A stretch of 34,594 bases of DNA from an uncultured Bacilli bacterium (GTDB lineage Bacteria; Bacillota_I; Bacilli_A; RF39; UBA660). Below are positions 32,805 through 34,594 of the stretch, piece by piece (within the stretch, counting starts at the first letter, position 1; the number at the start of each line of letters is the position of its first letter). The notes beneath the pieces were generated by a model. It made no database searches. It was not told the DNA's origin and was given only the letters and a program-made list of their open reading frames with translations. The position numbers and the translations under genes are program-made. The stretch is from positions 1 to 34,594 of the forward strand of contig CANQZX010000001.1 of assembly GCA_947628445.1 (NCBI GenBank), written 5' to 3'.

Positions 32805-33677
32805 CTATTTTTGCTTACTATTTTCCAAAATGTAATAATCTATTGTTGGTATTGTTTTTATAAGAAAAACATATTCAGTAAAATACATTAATATCTCCGA
32901 AGAATCTCCCTTTGAATAATATCCTTCGGGAACATCATCATTTCTTGACATTGTACCTTTAAAAAATTTGATAAAGTGAGGATTTGCCTTATTTATTTTA
33001 GACAAATATTCCTTAGCTTTTTGGTCATTCCCTTGTTTATAATAAAGGACAAATAAGGGAAATAGCATTTCCAAGTGTTGCTCGGGATATTTTTTATGTA
33101 ATTTAAGCATCTCATTTTCATCTTCTAAATAAGCATATATTGCCATGAGTAAATATCTAGCACCAGTATTATCATTTTCATTTAATCTAAGAATTTCCTC
33201 ACAAATACTTAAAGCTTGTTTTATCTTACCATCTAATAGTAGGAACTTTGCTTTCATGTATAGTCCCCTAATATAAGGCCTAGTTTCAAAAAGTCCATAA
33301 AAATGGCCAATGTTATCCTTTTTAAAGTAATTTTCGTTTTTTAACCTGTTTTTTTCAAATTCTAATCCTTCCTCTAATAATTTTTCACTTTTTAAAGGAT
33401 TGTCCTCCAATTGAACTTGAAATAATAAAGCATCAAAACATTCTGGACACATATCATATGCTTTTTTTGCATATTTTAGTGCTTGAGCCTTTGATTTAGC
33501 ATTTTCTGCTTTTTCTAAAAGTTCATATGCATTATCTAATAAGGTGTTTTCATATTCAATTTCATCTGCATTGTATTTTTTTATAAATTCTTGTAATTTT
33601 TCATTTAATTCTTTTTCATCTTTAGCATCTACATTTTTTAAAAACTCATTAATCATATTATTTAATTTATTATTCAT
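32805..33677 (-). CDS. TPR-like helical repeat protein (hypothetical)
   Basis: 290 aa with repeated A-x-x-Y-x-x-K-A type helical hairpins. No specific family recognised. Confidence 0.55.
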   Translation of the reverse strand: MNNKLNNMINEFLKNVDAKDEKELNEKLQEFIKKYNADEIEYENTLLDNAYELLEKAENAKSKAQALKYAKKAYDMCPECFDALLFQVQLEDNPLKSEKLLEEGLEFEKNRLKNENYFKKDNIGHFYGLFETRPYIRGLYMKAKFLLLDGKIKQALSICEEILRLNENDNTGARYLLMAIYAYLEDENEMLKLHKKYPEQHLEMLFPLFVLYYKQGNDQKAKEYLSKINKANPHFIKFFKGTMSRNDDVPEGYYSKGDSSEILMYFTEYVFLIKTIPTIDYYILENSKQK

Positions 33678-33799
33678 TTATTTTACGTATATACTCCCTA
33701 CTTCTTCTTTTTTTTATCTTTTTCGCCGATGTATTTGCAAATAATATACCATGTTATATTATTTTAATCAACTACTATTGTGCATTGTTAGCAATTTAT

Positions 33800-33828
33800 T
33801 TGACATTTATCGTATTATATAATAGAAT
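33800..33828 (+). promoter_or_regulatory. promoter for tRNA-Cys
   Basis: TTGACA (33800-33805), a 17-nt spacer, then TAGAAT (33823-33828), 11 nt upstream of the tRNA. Confidence 0.5.
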
Positions 33829-33839
33829 TATAAATACCT

Positions 33840-33914
33840 GGAGCCGTAGCCAAGTGGTAAGGCGTGGGTCTGCAAAACCTTGATTCACCGGTTCAAATCC
33901 GGTCGGCTCCTCCA
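33840..33914 (+). tRNA. tRNA-Cys (anticodon GCA), CCA encoded
   Basis: Acceptor stem GGAGCCG/CGGCTCC. Anticodon loop CUGCAAA. T arm ACCGG-TTCAAAT-CCGGT. Discriminator U, as expected for Cys, followed by CCA. Confidence 0.9.
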
Positions 33915-33955
33915 TTGGGAAATCTATCCGAACTTTTCGGGCATTAAAATACATT

Positions 33956-33980
33956 TCATCTCTAATAAAGATGATTTTTT
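33956..33980 (+). terminator. intrinsic terminator after tRNA-Cys
   Basis: TCATCT-CTAATAA-AGATGA followed by T6. Confidence 0.5.
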
Positions 33981-34137
33981 ATTAAAACAAAAAATCCCCA
34001 TAGGTCATTTTGATATATTTTCAAACTTCCTATGAAGTTAATTATTTTAAACATAATAATCAATGAAACTAACAAATATTAACACTACTTGGTAATTTAT
34101 ATGGTAAAATAGTAGTATTTAAAGAAAAAATAAATTG

Positions 34138-34153
34138 GTCAGACGCGTCTGAC
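34138..34153. promoter_or_regulatory. 16-nt perfect GC-rich palindrome (candidate operator or 5'-UTR hairpin)
   Basis: GTCAGACGCGTCTGAC lies 8 nt upstream of the AAAGGAGA RBS of the DUF1016 gene. It stands out in an AT-rich context. Confidence 0.4.
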
Positions 34154-34173
34154 TAATTTCAAAAGGAGAAATT

Positions 34174-34594
34174 ATGATAGAAAAAGCCAACAATAAAATG
34201 ATTGCAGAAATTACTAATTTAGTAGAAGAAACTAAATCTAATTTAGCTAATCAAATCAATAAATCTATTATTTATGTGTATTGGAATATAGGAAGAATAA
34301 TAGTATCAAACGAAAATGAATTTAACAACCGATTAGAATATGGTAAAGAAATTTTAAAAGGGTTATCAGATGAACTTACTAAATATTTAGGAAAAGGATA
34401 TTCTATATCTAATTTGAAATATATGAGAGCTTTTTATAAAACATATCCAAACTTTGATGAATTAAATGAAAAATTAAGCTGGTCACATTATTGTGAATTG
34501 ATGATTATTAAGGACATAGATAAACGTAATTTTTATGAAAAAGAATGTATTAATTCAAATTGGTCTGTAAGAGAATTAAAAAGACAATTAGATA
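34174..34594 (+). CDS. DUF1016/YhcG-family (PD-(D/E)XK nuclease superfamily) protein, 5' partial, runs off the window
   Basis: Not in the ORF track because there is no stop before the window end. My own translation from the ATG at 34174 is MIEKANNKMIAEITNLVEETKSNLANQINKSIIYVYWNIGRII...LSWSHYCELMIIKDIDKRNFYEKECINSNWSVRELKRQLD. The LSWSHY...FY...WSVRELKRQ pattern is typical of the DUF1016 N-terminal domain. Confidence 0.75.
   Translation, partial: MIEKANNKMIAEITNLVEETKSNLANQINKSIIYVYWNIGRIIVSNENEFNNRLEYGKEILKGLSDELTKYLGKGYSISNLKYMRAFYKTYPNFDELNEKLSWSHYCELMIIKDIDKRNFYEKECINSNWSVRELKRQLD

Noticed and set aside
1-34594. Alternative genetic code (TGA read as Trp, Mollicutes-like), considered because of the very low GC
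   Set aside because: Large conserved proteins (PFOR, RecG, enolase, HtrA) are full length under the standard code, with Trp encoded by TGG. No TGA-interrupted homologues are seen.

Overview
AT-rich (roughly one-third G+C by eye) Bacillota-type chromosomal segment. It reads cleanly in the standard genetic code: the ORFs are long and uninterrupted, and Trp is TGG. FemAB-like, UppP and CwlD-like amidase genes argue for a walled, possibly spore-forming Firmicute, but the taxon is inference only. Nearly all genes are on the minus strand.

Housekeeping backbone: rplK-rplA-rplJ-rplL with an L10-leader-like element, recG, pyruvate:ferredoxin oxidoreductase, enolase, uppP, a FemAB-family transferase, htrA, a CDF metal exporter, tRNA-Thr(GGU) and tRNA-Cys(GCA).

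Accessory surface-protein content:
1. Two tandem membrane-anchored paralogs (3550-6203) share a ~95% identical 5' half-kilobase and have unrelated C-terminal modules.
2. A five-gene lipoprotein operon (9808-13142) contains four Cys-rich modular paralogs with conserved ends and variable cores.

All three transcription units start with the same unusual promoter design. An uninterrupted 19-21 nt alternating T/A tract forms the -35/-10 spacer, giving 17 bp at the lipoprotein operon and 15 bp at both paralogs. This is the architecture of slipped-strand phase-variable promoters.

Other notable items:
- a 220-bp MITE-like element with 16-bp perfect terminal inverted repeats and a 9-10-bp target duplication, abutting one of these promoters
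- a promoter-to-terminator candidate sRNA with a C-rich single-stranded motif
- an Abi_2 abortive-infection-type gene translationally coupled to htrA
- an orphan J-domain protein with an unknown neighbour
- an L11 with a long acidic tail
- tRNA-flank repeats suggesting small insertions next to both tRNAs

No CRISPR array, rRNA, integrase, transposase or invertase gene is visible.
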